Source of the DNA: Batkoa obscura
Lineage: Eukaryota
DNA length: 64,000 bases
Direction: 5' to 3'
Assembly (NCBI GenBank): GCA_030770535.1
Contig: JASVEC010000011.1
Coordinates: forward strand, 1,302,001 to 1,366,000
The stretch's first letter is position 1, and every line of letters starts with the position of its first letter. The position numbers and the translations under genes were made by a program. A model generated the notes under the pieces. The model ran no database searches. It had not been told where the DNA came from and saw nothing but the letters and a program-made list of their open reading frames with translations. Shown here piece by piece: positions 38,330-50,812 of the stretch.

Positions 38330-40760
38330 ATGAGCTGAGAATCGAGGATGCATAATAATTTAAAAAAAATATTATTTAGGCGGAATCAGATATTCACTAT
38401 CATCGGATTGCTTTATGACGTTCAACAACGAAATATTTACATTAGATTTAAAAAGAGAATTTAAATTATTTACGAATATAGCACTATAGGAAAGGAGCAA
38501 TAGAATTAACACTCTATTGGGATTATCAAATGAGAACATATTTAGTATTGAAAATGAAAAGGAACATAAAACAATATTAGATTTTTGTTATAACATGGAT
38601 AATCTAGGCCCTGTTTTAAATCATTTTAGCACTAGAGATAACAAATGGCGTGATGAATATATTATAACTGGGATACATAGAGGATTTAATGTATCAACTA
38701 CAGACACTGGGTTTTCTACATAAGAATATTATACATCACAACATGAAAAAGATTTAAACCGATTCTATATTTCTGGACGCTTTCATTACCCTGAGTCAAG
38801 CATAGCTATAACATTTTTCTTCAGCTAATTTAATATCAAAACAAAGTAGTCAAAAGTAATATATATCCCAAGAAGAAATGTTTATTTTAAATGGTAATTT
38901 GTATTACTTCGAAATACCAATAAGTAGACAATCAAGTACAGTGGATGATTGCAAAACTTTATATAAATTAGATTTAAAAGTATATGCTATAAAGGCATAT
39001 ACACTGTATTTGGAATATTATTTTTACTGTAAATTTGTAAAACTAGACTAATTAATTTATTTTACCAGACTAGAAGAAATAAAGGAGAAAGCAATCGAGA
39101 TTTTGCATTAAAATTTGACATATTTTTGTTTGAAAAAGCTAAAAAAACAAGTCGTATTTAATCATCGGGGATGCTTTGCTAGATATAAAGGCTATACAGT
39201 AAAGAAATTGGGTGATCAGTTCAGTAGTATTGCTGCTAGGGTGCTTCAGAAAACACATATAAAACCTTAATACCGGGTACAAATAGTCCGAAAACCTTTT
39301 ATGACTTGCCTCTATTTAAAGGAAAAAATGATAACAAAGTAATAACGAAGATGACAATAATCAATGGTAATGAATAAGATGAGAATAGTAAACTATTAAC
39401 GGGAGAGGGAATATGAAGAATAATGAGAGGAGGTAGACGACTTATTTTAATAATAACAGATATAACATTTGTAGTCTACAAACGTAAATTAGAAAAAGAG
39501 AGGCCTCTAACCATTATTACTGAACCTGTCTTTATTTAATCAATTAGTCTGTTATATACTAAGAATAGTTACTAGTAAAATACCGATATATTTGCTTATC
39601 ATACATAACCTAAAGTAAATTCTACTTCAGCAGCACCCAGAAAAGCTCATGTCAAAGGTGTAAGGTTTATGAGCATGATTAGAGAAAAATAACATTGATG
39701 TTAAAATTACTAGTTTTAAATAAAATTAATATATAAAAAAAGCTTTGAAATTTAAGATTTTAATGTAAGATACTTAGATGGTCACCATCGATATAAAAAT
39801 TTTAAGTTTTCTTTTCAAAATAAAGTTTTTTCATAATAGTATATACAGATGCCTTTGTTTAAGAATTTAATGAAAAATTTTAACTTTTAAGCTGCATAAA
39901 AATGAACAAAATACTGGCACTATAAATGTATCCACAAGAGCTCAAACAAAAATAGCAAAAATAACAAAAATACTCTTATTAAAAGATGAGTATGATAGGT
40001 AATAAATTAAATTGCTTTATATATATGTGTACTCCAATAATATATTGATTGAATGAATTGAATGTAAATAACTTTATTTTGGATATAAAAATCAAACAAA
40101 AATGGCAAATCATAAAAAGTATGGAAATATTTGTCCAAATTTAAATTAAGTTTGGCAATAAATTAAAGAATAAAATATTAATATACATTAAACAAGAAAA
40201 TCAAATGAACCTTCCAAGGAAAAGTATAAATACAGTTCATAGAAAAAAACAAAGCCTTTTTTAAATTATAAAATGACAGCTGAAATTTGGTATTTCACCA
40301 AACGTACTCCTAGATTAAGCACCTCGATTATTGAATTTAAGATGACAACTTTACAATAGTGTAGTTATTCCTATTGAAATACAAGCTGAGCTCTATTATT
40401 TATGATGTAAGTTAATTTAAATTAAATAAGAAGATAGCAGAGATAAAGGGCATAAAGGAGTCGAAAGATCAGTTTGGAATGAAGATTTGATTAATCGCGA
40501 GTGCCACCTTAAATGAAAGCAGCTTAAAGGAAATTGGAAGTATTAATGTTTTTAGTTCAGGCTACACCGGAGCAAAGCATACGACAATTATAGACCTAGT
40601 AATCACCAATATTAAGATTTATGGGAGTTTATGAAAATATTCCTATTATTATCAAGCATTTGGTAAAGCATTTTCATTATCAACTTTTATTATCAGTATC
40701 GGGTTAAGAGCCAAAAATCACTTAATAGTAGTTACATTTTAGCTTAATACAAATTTATAG
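38330..40760 (+). other. decayed coding-like region, possibly transposase remnants
   Basis: short protein-like frames broken by stops; no intact catalytic motif recognised. Confidence 0.25.
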
Positions 40761-41301
40761 AGGAAACTGAAGCACATTCCTTGACATCGTTGTCCTAGGG
40801 TTTTTAATATGTTATATTTATTTTTAAATGTATGTAAACTCTAAATAGCCCCTCTAACATAATTAGGATATCATGTAAAAATCAAGTATAAACTTAGCTA
40901 AATTATTATACTTTTATTCATTTCACATGACAAAAAAGAGTTTAAAATCAATATATTCCGTTTAGCCGAATATATTTCAGACTAAAGCGAGCTGGAATTT
41001 AAACAGTCAATAAAGTATCTTAACGGCTTTAAAGATTCGATCAAAATAATATAGATATACTTATTATCATCATATTTGTAGAGTTGCCTTTGAGTAAGTT
41101 TATGTTTTAAAATATTCTAACCCCACTCTAAACTTTATTATCTATGAGAATGTCTTTTTTGCTAATAGATCAATTTTTGCCCATTTTTCAATATGCATTT
41201 ACTAAAAGTAGAAAATAAAATATTATTGACATATAGCAAGCAACTTTAAAAATAATTTGTTTCTTTTTTGTAAATTAAGCACTCACCTAATTAGATGCAA
41301 C

Positions 41302-43029
41302 ATGGAAAAAAGACCCTATCGATGCGATCAATGTACAAAAAGACATGTAAAATGCGACAAGCTAACTCCTAAATGTACGATTTGTATTAGACGTAAAGAA
41401 GACTGTACATTAAATCGAGTAATAATTTATAATAGGAAAAAAGATTTTACAACGGAAAAGTTTTCAAGATCAAAAGGGAATGATAAAATCGAAAGTGTAG
41501 TAAGTTCTATCGGATACAATAGTGACTTGATTCAAACTACACCTCAGAAGTTTATTAGTAATAGAGTAGTAAAAATTTTAAAGCATCCAAAAGATCACAC
41601 GTCTTTATACCCAGTTTTAGCAATATTTCATAAGTTTACTAAGAAAAGTTCTTTGGAAAATTTAATGACTTTGACCCAGAATCCTTCTCCGTTTACGCGT
41701 AGCGTAGGCATTTCAATATTTGTTAACCTTGCAGAAAAATTACAGGCCCACGTTCAAAGGCCGAAGCTTAAAAAGATACCTTTGGAAGTGCCGAGAGAAG
41801 CTAAAGTAGACATAGCTCCAATCCTAAAGGAAGCGATAGCAAATTATTTTAAGTACAACAATACCTTTTTTCCGTTATTTATTGAAGAAGAGTTTAATTT
41901 TTCACAATGTCCTTTTTATTTAAAATTAGCCATCTTATCATGTGGACTTGTATGGATGGAACAAACAAAAGCTGTACAAAGTTTATTGAAGTATTTCGAG
42001 GCCAAGTTATTTGAGTATTTACATATAGTTTATCGAATCAATCCGACTTTAGAGAATATACAAGTACTATTGATTACAGTTACAAGCCTAACATCATTTT
42101 CATGGGTATGTAGTCTTTATGTTTCATTTATTGATCATTGCTACAGAATTTCATCTATACTGTCATTACATTCAAATCCAAAATTTTTGAAGCAAAAATG
42201 TAAAATTGAGCGCAGTTTTGCATACTGTTTATTAAGTGTTTTTTATTGTGGAGCATTAATGGTTTTTGGATCTTTTGTTACACTGCCTAATATTGCTGCA
42301 GAACTCCTAAATTTGGAAAAAGAATATAAGCTGAAGGTATTCAATGGATACGCTAAACACCCATTTGATGATTTAGAAATTAAAAGATATTACTCCTTAA
42401 AATTAATCCAATTTTATAATGAACTATGTTTTATTTTATTCCCACTTCGCTTATTAAAAGAGAAATGCATGAAGCAGGCAATAACTGAAGTTGAGCTTGC
42501 ATCAAGCTCATTTAGGATAATAAGTTCAATAACAAAAGTAAGAGTCAGATATATAGATTTTTTTAGCAACATCTTCTTGTTTACAAAGAAATCGAGTTTA
42601 TTTGGAATGGCTGAAGACCTTCAAAATTGTGTTAATTTTTTCTACCACTATATACGCTTTTTTGTTTATTCATTTCAATTCTACTTGCCAAAATATAGGA
42701 ATCATATTGAAGAAAAAGATAAAAATACAGTGATAATGGAACCTTGGAATGGAAAAGATTACACTGAGCTTGCTCTTTCAGAATGTTATTCAATAATTGA
42801 TTTTGCAGATTTACTTTCACATAAATACGTACTTACTTTAGACTGTTCTCAAATCTCTATTTGCTTGGTTTTTATGCTAAGGTATGGAGGAAGCAATGAG
42901 AAATGTAAAATAAAACTCCAGAAAGGATTAAAATTACTCCAACATTTATCTTCATTTCCTTGTAGTGCAACTATAAGCAAACTTAATTTAAATTTATATG
43001 GAACTATATCTAATGATTTAAAAAAATAA
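41302..43029 (+). CDS. Zn2Cys6 transcription factor, paralog 4
   Basis: ATG 41302 (MEKRPYR); CDQCTKRHVKCDKLTPKCTICIRRKEDC; intronless with full-length similarity to the paralogs. Confidence 0.9.
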   Translation: MEKRPYRCDQCTKRHVKCDKLTPKCTICIRRKEDCTLNRVIIYNRKKDFTTEKFSRSKGNDKIESVVSSIGYNSDLIQTTPQKFISNRVVKILKHPKDHTSLYPVLAIFHKFTKKSSLENLMTLTQNPSPFTRSVGISIFVNLAEKLQAHVQRPKLKKIPLEVPREAKVDIAPILKEAIANYFKYNNTFFPLFIEEEFNFSQCPFYLKLAILSCGLVWMEQTKAVQSLLKYFEAKLFEYLHIVYRINPTLENIQVLLITVTSLTSFSWVCSLYVSFIDHCYRISSILSLHSNPKFLKQKCKIERSFAYCLLSVFYCGALMVFGSFVTLPNIAAELLNLEKEYKLKVFNGYAKHPFDDLEIKRYYSLKLIQFYNELCFILFPLRLLKEKCMKQAITEVELASSSFRIISSITKVRVRYIDFFSNIFLFTKKSSLFGMAEDLQNCVNFFYHYIRFFVYSFQFYLPKYRNHIEEKDKNTVIMEPWNGKDYTELALSECYSIIDFADLLSHKYVLTLDCSQISICLVFMLRYGGSNEKCKIKLQKGLKLLQHLSSFPCSATISKLNLNLYGTISNDLKK

Positions 43030-43539
43030 CTTTCCATAATAAATAGATGTTAAATATTGTTACTTTATAATTAACTTCCTGAAATGTGATCTATTTTTTG
43101 AGAGTTAAATTTAAATATTCAATTAAATAACACTTAATATGAATTGTGTTAATCAATACAAAAACTCATGTAGATGTGTGATGATCACTTTTTATAGGTA
43201 TAGCTTTTATTATAACATTGTATTTAAACGAAATTTTAATGCTTTTTGTATAATACTCTAAATAGATATAAATTGTTCTATTAAATAGTAAATTTTACTT
43301 ACAAAAATGAAAAACATTTATGAAATACTTGTACATATGTTACATGTAGATTTTATAAAATCTGATAATCGCTTTAATAAATATATTTACTTAATTGGCT
43401 AAATTTTATAGCGACTAACTATAATTTGACTTTTTTTGTAATCAAAGTTTTATCTTATAATTGGATAGTAAATAGGATTTATTTAGGTTATATATATGCC
43501 ATGTAATGTATTATTTTGATCTTGGGTCTTTTTAGGTTT

Positions 43540-45309
43540 ATGGAACAAGAAAGTAGTTTAGATTTGAGTAAGAGAGGGCATAGATGTGATCAATGTGTTA
43601 AAAGACATCTCAAGTGTGATAGGTTGCTACCGAAATGCACAATGTGTATAAAGAAAGATATAGAATGTACTTTAAACAGGGAAGTTATATACAATAAAAA
43701 AGCAAATATGGAATATACATCAAGAAGAAAAATTGTTAAACCAACATCTAAGGCCATTTCAACAGTTGATTGTATTCATACGAAAGGAAAACGTAATTTA
43801 AAACAACCTCAACCTAAGGAAACTAAATATCAACTACTGAAGTTGCCAAAAGATTACAATTTTTCACACAGTATCCTTGGAATTTTTAACAAATTTGAAA
43901 GAAAATCGTTATTGGAGAATCTGTTAGTTTTTATTCAAAATCCGTCGCCATATTTTCCTAGCAAAGGTTTAAATCTTTTTATTGTACTAACGGATAAGTT
44001 AGGCTTATTAGCATCCAAAACTAGAAGATTGGCTTTTATACCTGAAGCATTAAGCAAAAATACTTTTAATATTGGACCAATTTTAAAACAAGCTGTAATC
44101 AATTATTTTAAATTTGTTAATGTGGAATGTCCCTTATTCGACGAGACAAGATTTAATTTTTCTTCATGTTCTTTCAATTTAAAATCGGCAATACTTGTAG
44201 GTGGTCTTTTTTATATGGATCAAACGGAAATTGTAAAGAATTTGGTTAAATATTTTGAAGAAAAGCTTTATAATTTTGCTTGGAGTGTTCCTAGAATTAA
44301 ATTTAATTTGGAAAATATACAAACAATACTAATATTAGTGACCACCTTTACTAAGTTTCAATGGATTGCCAATATTAGAGAATTCCTTTTGTTTCATTGC
44401 TATAGAATGTCATTTGCGATAGGATTAAGCCAATCGTCAAAAAGGTTTTTTAAAAAGACCAATGCTGAACGAGTTTACACTTACTGTGTATTAAGTGCAT
44501 ATTATAGCGGAGTCATATTAAATCTCGGATCTTACATTGCTGAATCTGCATTTCCACTACAGATGAATAGGTTAGATAACCATTTTAAGAGTAAATTTTC
44601 TCATTACGCTTTTGATTTTGACAAAGATGACAAGAATATATAACAATATTGTTTCTTCAAATTGCATGAGTTTTATTATGTTATAAGCACGCTTTTTTTC
44701 GACTTACATTTAATTAAAGGAGCAAGTATAAAGGGAATTGAAGACCATGCGAAATTTAATAATATTCTAAAAAAGCTTTTATTTAAAATATTCGCGGTTA
44801 AAGAAAGGTATACCAGGGCTATGAATAATATTTTAGTAAAAATGAAAAATGAAAAATTTAAGTCAACTATTAAGGATTATCAAAATTGCATTAGCTATTT
44901 CTACCATCATGTTAACTTTTACATATACACAATCCAATTCAATGCATCTAAAGAAAAAAGGGTTTATGAATATGAGGAATATATGTTTGATAATAATATT
45001 AATATAAATGTACTAAATTATATTAAGATTGCAATTAAAGAATGTTGTTTTATAATTGATAGTATCGCTAAAACCCCACATAAATATACTCTTGGCCTTG
45101 ATTATGCAACTTTATCTACTTGTCTAGTTTTATTAATACGATATGGAGGAAAGGAAGTTGAAACTATAGCGTATATTCAAAAAGGGAAGGACTTATTAGA
45201 ATTTTTGCAAAAATCACCACTTTCTGTAAGAATATGTAAGTTTAACTTAGCACTAGTTGGTATTATTACAGAATCGTTAAAAAATACTCCAAACGCATTA
45301 AAAGCATAA
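43540..45309 (+). pseudogene. Zn2Cys6 paralog 5 with one premature stop
   Basis: ORFs 43516..44643 and 44662..45309 are in the same frame, separated only by TAA at 44641 (paralogs have Gln at or next to this position). Confidence 0.8.
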
Positions 45310-46192
45310 TATTTTGTGAATTTAATAAATTTGACTTTATTTTTTTATTTTTTTTTATTTTTGATATTCAACTTTACAGTATTTTCTACCTTGACTAGAA
45401 ATAACTAAAATTGAATCTTATATTAATACTGTACTGATTTACTTAGTTTTATTTCAGTAAAGATAAGATTATTTAAAAAGTATTATTACTTGAATATTTT
45501 TAATTTACTTTATAAAAGTTAGTTTTGAATGTTTGATCTATATTTACTGAATGATCATAATTTTTATTCATAAATTAATCTTTTATAGTTAAAGTTGATT
45601 TAATATGAGTCATTTATTATCTACAAATTAATGACTATACATGTATATATTATGGTTTTCAATGATACGATCAGTTAATTATATTACATGTGTTAGCTTT
45701 AATAATAGATATCTAATTTCTAATAATTTTTTAATTATATATTTCCAATAATCTTTTTAAAGTGACTTAATGATCTTTTCAACTTCTGATGATTCTAATA
45801 TTGCTACTCTTTAATATTTTTAACAAAACTAAGTTATAAAATTATGTATTAGTAAAAATGAATACAATCTCCACTATCTTTATAATTGTGTTTGATAAGA
45901 TATAGCAATTAGCTTATTCTCATAAAATTCCCTTACTCTGTATATTTTGCAAAGGAATAATTTTAAATAAAAAAATAGAAATAGATGTAATTATTAATGT
46001 TATTTATTAAAATTTATAATTGAAATTCAATTTTAATTATAAATATTAAAAAATTAGCTTAATTGTTTATATTAACTATCACTATTGATCTTATTTTTAG
46101 TTTGATTCCTTTATTTACAATAAAATATAACACTAAATACAACACTGAATAAAACTTGTATAACAACAGACGTAATGCTTCCAATAAAATAT

Positions 46193-46291
46193 GAGAATGT
46201 TTTTTTTGGTTTCATTACTTTTTCCATTCCTTAAGCGCTATTTGAGCGGAAAGATTGTTAGTAAAATTCTTAAACATAAAAATGTATCCAC
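46193..46291 (-). mobile_element. MITE family A copy
   Basis: consensus match; ATAT on both flanks. Confidence 0.88.
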
Positions 46292-47023
46292 ATATAAATA
46301 TCGTCTGTTACGCATGAGGGCAAAGATATTGATAATATCATAAATAAACTAAATCCTAAGCTAAATAATGAGTAAAAAACAAGTGTTGAAGTAAATATAT
46401 CCCTTTTTTCTCTTTGATGATAACTTATTATAATTGATATTATAATTGAAATAAACAAAATCAGAAGTGAAATATAAGGAACACGAAAGAGAGAACAGTA
46501 ATTCAATAATTGTATCACAAATCAATTTATTTAAAACAAATTGAGAGCAAAAATGATGTGTTAAAAATACGCTAAATAAGAATAGAAATGATTAAGCCTA
46601 AGGCTTTTGTTGTTATACCAATATAACTATAGTAGTATATATGTCCTTATTACAAGTATAATGATTCTTTTTCAATTATAGCAATTAATGCATACAAAAA
46701 GGTAAAATTTTCAAAGAAATTATTGATATATTTTTGTTTTCTATTTAAACACTAATAGCAATAGATCAGTTACTAAAAATATGATACTTAAAACAACCAA
46801 TGTAGTAAGATGCTATGATATCCTTTTTACAACTATCGAAAATGTCAATAATACTTTTATTTATTACTATTAAGTTTATCTAGGCTTGAAAATGAGTATA
46901 AATAAGATGAGCTATCCATTAAGTTATCATTAATAAATTACTTATATTTCATTTTTTTATATTAATTTTTTTATTTTATAAAATAATTATTACTAATGAT
47001 TTAAAAGTAGTAAATTAACATAT

Positions 47024-47117
47024 GGGGATATATTTTTTAAAAATTTACTAAACAATCTTTCCACCCAAACAATGCTTAAAAAATGGAAAAAGTGATGAAA
47101 CCAAAAAAAACACTCCC
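47024..47117 (+). mobile_element. MITE family A copy
   Basis: consensus match with small indels; ATAT on both flanks. Confidence 0.85.
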
Positions 47118-47235
47118 ATATACTAAATCATGATTTAATATTTTAAGTAAATAATTAAAACAAACCATGTTTATTGTTTTATTATTTTTTAAATATAAAA
47201 CATTAAACATTAATACTGGTGTAGCTTGTTTATTA

Positions 47236-47886
47236 TATAAAAGTTAAAATTTAATAATTAGAGTTAAAAGCAGTTTTTGCTTAATTAATTAGCTATAAGT
47301 TAGAAAATCCTAGTTTATATAATTAAAATAACCTTAAATTAATAAAAACAGCACATAATAGGCTATGAGCTATATAAAACAAATAAAATAAAAGATATTA
47401 CTATAAAATTTATACAAAATACTATAAAACTTAGTATTTTTAATAAAAATATAATATCAGAAAATAATTTAATCAAAAGGGGGTGTTTTTTTTAGCTTCA
47501 TCATTTTTTCCATCTTTTAAGCGCTATTTGAGTAGAATAATTGTTAGTAAAATTCTTAAACAAAAAAATACAGCCTCAAAAAGCTTTGAGTTATTATGCT
47601 GAAAAATCCTTTTTATACTTTAATTAGATGACTATATACACAAAACATAATAACAGTTATAATTTATTATTATAATTACTAAATATAGATGTTAAAATGA
47701 GAAGATAATGTTTTTCGCAATTAAATAGTAAAAATCCTCATAGCAAATAAAAATAAAAAACTTTGAAGTGATTGTATTATATAAATCATAATCAAATTAA
47801 TTACAAGACCACAAGTAGTTTTATAAAAAAGTTGAATGATTATTATATTATAATTAATTATAAAGCTGATAAAGCAATATTTTATA
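47236..47886 (+). mobile_element. solo-LTR-like element B, AT-mutated copy with nested MITE
   Basis: colinear with 21288-21928; ends read TATAAAA...TTTTATA; ATTA on both flanks. Confidence 0.75.
47479..47577 (-). mobile_element. MITE family A copy nested in element B
   Basis: AAAA on both flanks; empty site near 21531. Confidence 0.92.
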
Positions 47887-48178
47887 ATTATGATGATTTA
47901 AATTTATTAAATTTAGTTTTGTTTTCTGTTTTATTTAAAATTTAAAATCTAAAATTATTATGCGACTTTTACTATTTAATTTTTTAATAGTTTTATTAAA
48001 TATGTTTTTTTAAATATCAATATGAAATTCATGTAATTTATATAACTTTTTTTTTAATAAGAGATTTTTTTGTCTTTGTTTTATTTTTTATTACTGTGTT
48101 TATTTTATTTTTAAATAACTTTTTTCTAACTTGGATACTGGGCACGTATATTATATAAGTATGTTTTTTTATTATTAT

Positions 48179-48639
48179 TGTGAAAGTTAATACTCAATGG
48201 TCGGAGTTAAAAGCTACTCTTGCTTAATTAACTTGCCTTGAGTCGAAAGGTCTTAGTTTACATAACTAAGATAGATTCAAATAAATAAGAATAATACGTA
48301 ATAAGTCACGAACTATGTAAAACAAATAAAATAGACAATACTACTGTAAAATCTATGCAAGATATTGTCAGAAAGGCTTAGTGGCTTTATTAATGGTACG
48401 ATATCAGGGAGTAATTCAATTAAAAAGCCTCGAGTTATCATATTGAAGAATCTCTTTTATACTTCAATAAGTATGGATATTAAAAGGAGATAATATTGTT
48501 TGCAATATGAAGTTAGAAATTCTCGCAGCAAATCAAAATAAGGGACTCTGACTTGATTGTGTTTGAACTTAAGAACATAGCAACTTAAGTGATTGTTGTG
48601 TTATAATCAATCCAAGAGCCAATAAACCAATATTTCACA
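48179..48639 (+). mobile_element. solo-LTR-like element B, GC-richer copy
   Basis: TGTGAAA...TTTCACA ends; AATAAA near the right end; inverted match to 20782-21244; flanks do not match each other. Confidence 0.78.
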
Positions 48640-48840
48640 CCTTTAAAACACTAATTTTATACATTGCTTGATTAAGTTTATTATTATTAATAATAATTTT
48701 TAATAATTTTTTTTGTTTTATTGTAAAATTCCATAAACTATGGGTTATTATAAATAATTGCTAAAATTAACATAAATAAATTACAATGTTCAAATAGTAT
48801 GCTTTTCCTTATTATATTAAAATTTTTAAAAATTATATTT

Positions 48841-48939
48841 GGGGATGTATTTTTTTGTTTAAGAATTTTACTAACAATTATTCTACTCAAATAGCGCTTA
48901 AAAGATGGAAAAAATGATGAAGCCAAAAAAAACACCCCC
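48841..48939 (+). mobile_element. MITE family A copy
   Basis: consensus match; ATTT on both flanks. Confidence 0.9.
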
Positions 48940-49263
48940 ATTTTGAGGTTTAGTTATAAAAGCTTGCATTTTGTTTTTATTTTAATAAAAAGCAAAAGTC
49001 AAATAACTATATATATATATATTATATATTTATTAAACATTTAATAAAAATAGTATAAAGTATATAAAGCATATAATTAAAAAAATTAATTATTTAAAAT
49101 AAAACAATCAAAATAAGTTTTCTAAGTTAAATTTTTTTATTTAATTTTAAGCTTTTTAAATTCAACTAATTGTACATTAAAGACTGATTTACAAATTTAA
49201 AAACTTAAAATTTTGGATTTATTTTTAAGTAAATTCTGAAACCAGTTCAGACATCCCCATATA

Positions 49264-49356
49264 GAGGGAGGTGTTTTTTGGTTTCATCACTTTTTTCATT
49301 TTTAAACGCTGCTTGAGTGGAAAAACTGTTAGTAAAATTCTTAAAAAATACATCCC
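49264..49356 (-). mobile_element. MITE family A copy, diverged
   Basis: consensus match; TATA/ATAT flanks, exact ends ambiguous by 1 bp. Confidence 0.8.
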
Positions 49357-50812
49357 TATATTGAATATTTTTTCCTTATAATAAATTTTTGTTTTTAATC
49401 CCAAGAATTTGGACAAATTGATAACTACTCGGTCTATTTCAGATTAACCATCATATCTTTTCCACAATTTTGGCTAATGAGTATGAGGGTTAATGTGAAA
49501 CAGACTGAATACCTAACAGTACGAATAAAACATCCCTAAATGCATACAAAATTTTCCAAGGACCAGACAGTTATATTCAACTGTCAATAGTTGATATTAA
49601 GTAAATCATTAAGCTTATGGATTATTTTAAATGTTAGTTTATTTGAAAAGTAATAATCGTATTTTATTTAGTTGGCTTCATACAAAAAACTCTTAGTGAA
49701 AATTTTTTAATAGCATAAGCTCAAGTTGAAAAATAGACACTAAAATAATAAAAACCATAAACTTTTTTTTGTTTAACTAAACAACTCAATCAACCCAGAA
49801 ACATAAAAATACAGAAACAATAACTAAAAAAGGATGGTGGTATTAAATTTAAGGAGCATTTATTCAAGGTTTCGTACCCCAGAAGAAGAGAGTGAAATTT
49901 CAAAATCAGCATTTTTAAAATTAGTTGGGTTTTTGGCTACTTGTGCTGTGCTCACTTTAGTTACTAAGAAAAATTGGGCTCTACAACTCATTGGTAAAGT
50001 ATAGCTTTTTTTATTAATAGAAGCAAATAACAACTTTTATGAATTGGGAATCAAGTATAAGATGTAATTCGTTTTATTTCTGAACATTTTATAAATTACC
50101 ATTTTCTTTTTAACTAAAAATAAAATTAAGAGATTATTTAAAAGATAACCTATATTATTTACTTGATTTTGAACACAAAGTTTAAACTGCTCAAACTCTT
50201 TACTACAAATCCCTTTGCTTACTTCATAAAAATTTTTGTTTACACAATTTCCATAGATTAAAGCCTAAAAATGAATATTTATTGATAAAACTATTTAAAC
50301 TTCTAAAATAGTGCTTACTGCTTCTGAACATTGTGCCGATGCTTGCGCTAGCTTACTTATGTTTTTACGAGATGTACTTGTAAGTGGTATACTTGACTTC
50401 ATAACTTTTTTAAACAAAAGAATATTAATTGTAAAAAGAAGGCTTTTTGTTTTGCAAAAAAATAATTGCGTTGATTAATAATAGCTTGGAATAACTAATA
50501 AGTGTTTTTTTTAATAATTTTTTTATAAAGAGTATAAAAATAATTTTAAATAAAATAAAATAAGTTATAAACTTAAATGATAGCTTATAAATTTTATTTA
50601 GTTTGTAATATCTGTACCAAATTACTAATATAAAAAAATTAAGAAAGATGGAGAAAGAAAAATCAATATAAAAAACGCCGCACTATTGGCTGATATTTAA
50701 ACTTATTATTCATTACCCCATTCATTTTACAATAAATACCAGCAGTTTATAAAAGTGCTCTTGTTTTTTAATTTATTAAGTTTAGAAAAAGTAGTAAGTA
50801 GAGAATAATATA

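Noticed and set aside
47479..48939. Composite transposon bounded by two inverted MITEs
   Set aside because: Each MITE has its own distinct TSD and the outer flanks (AAAA, ATTT) do not match.
9078..49416. Short similar ORFs at 9078, 16689, 48738 and 49225 as a peptide family
   Set aside because: They are chance translations through MITE family A copies.
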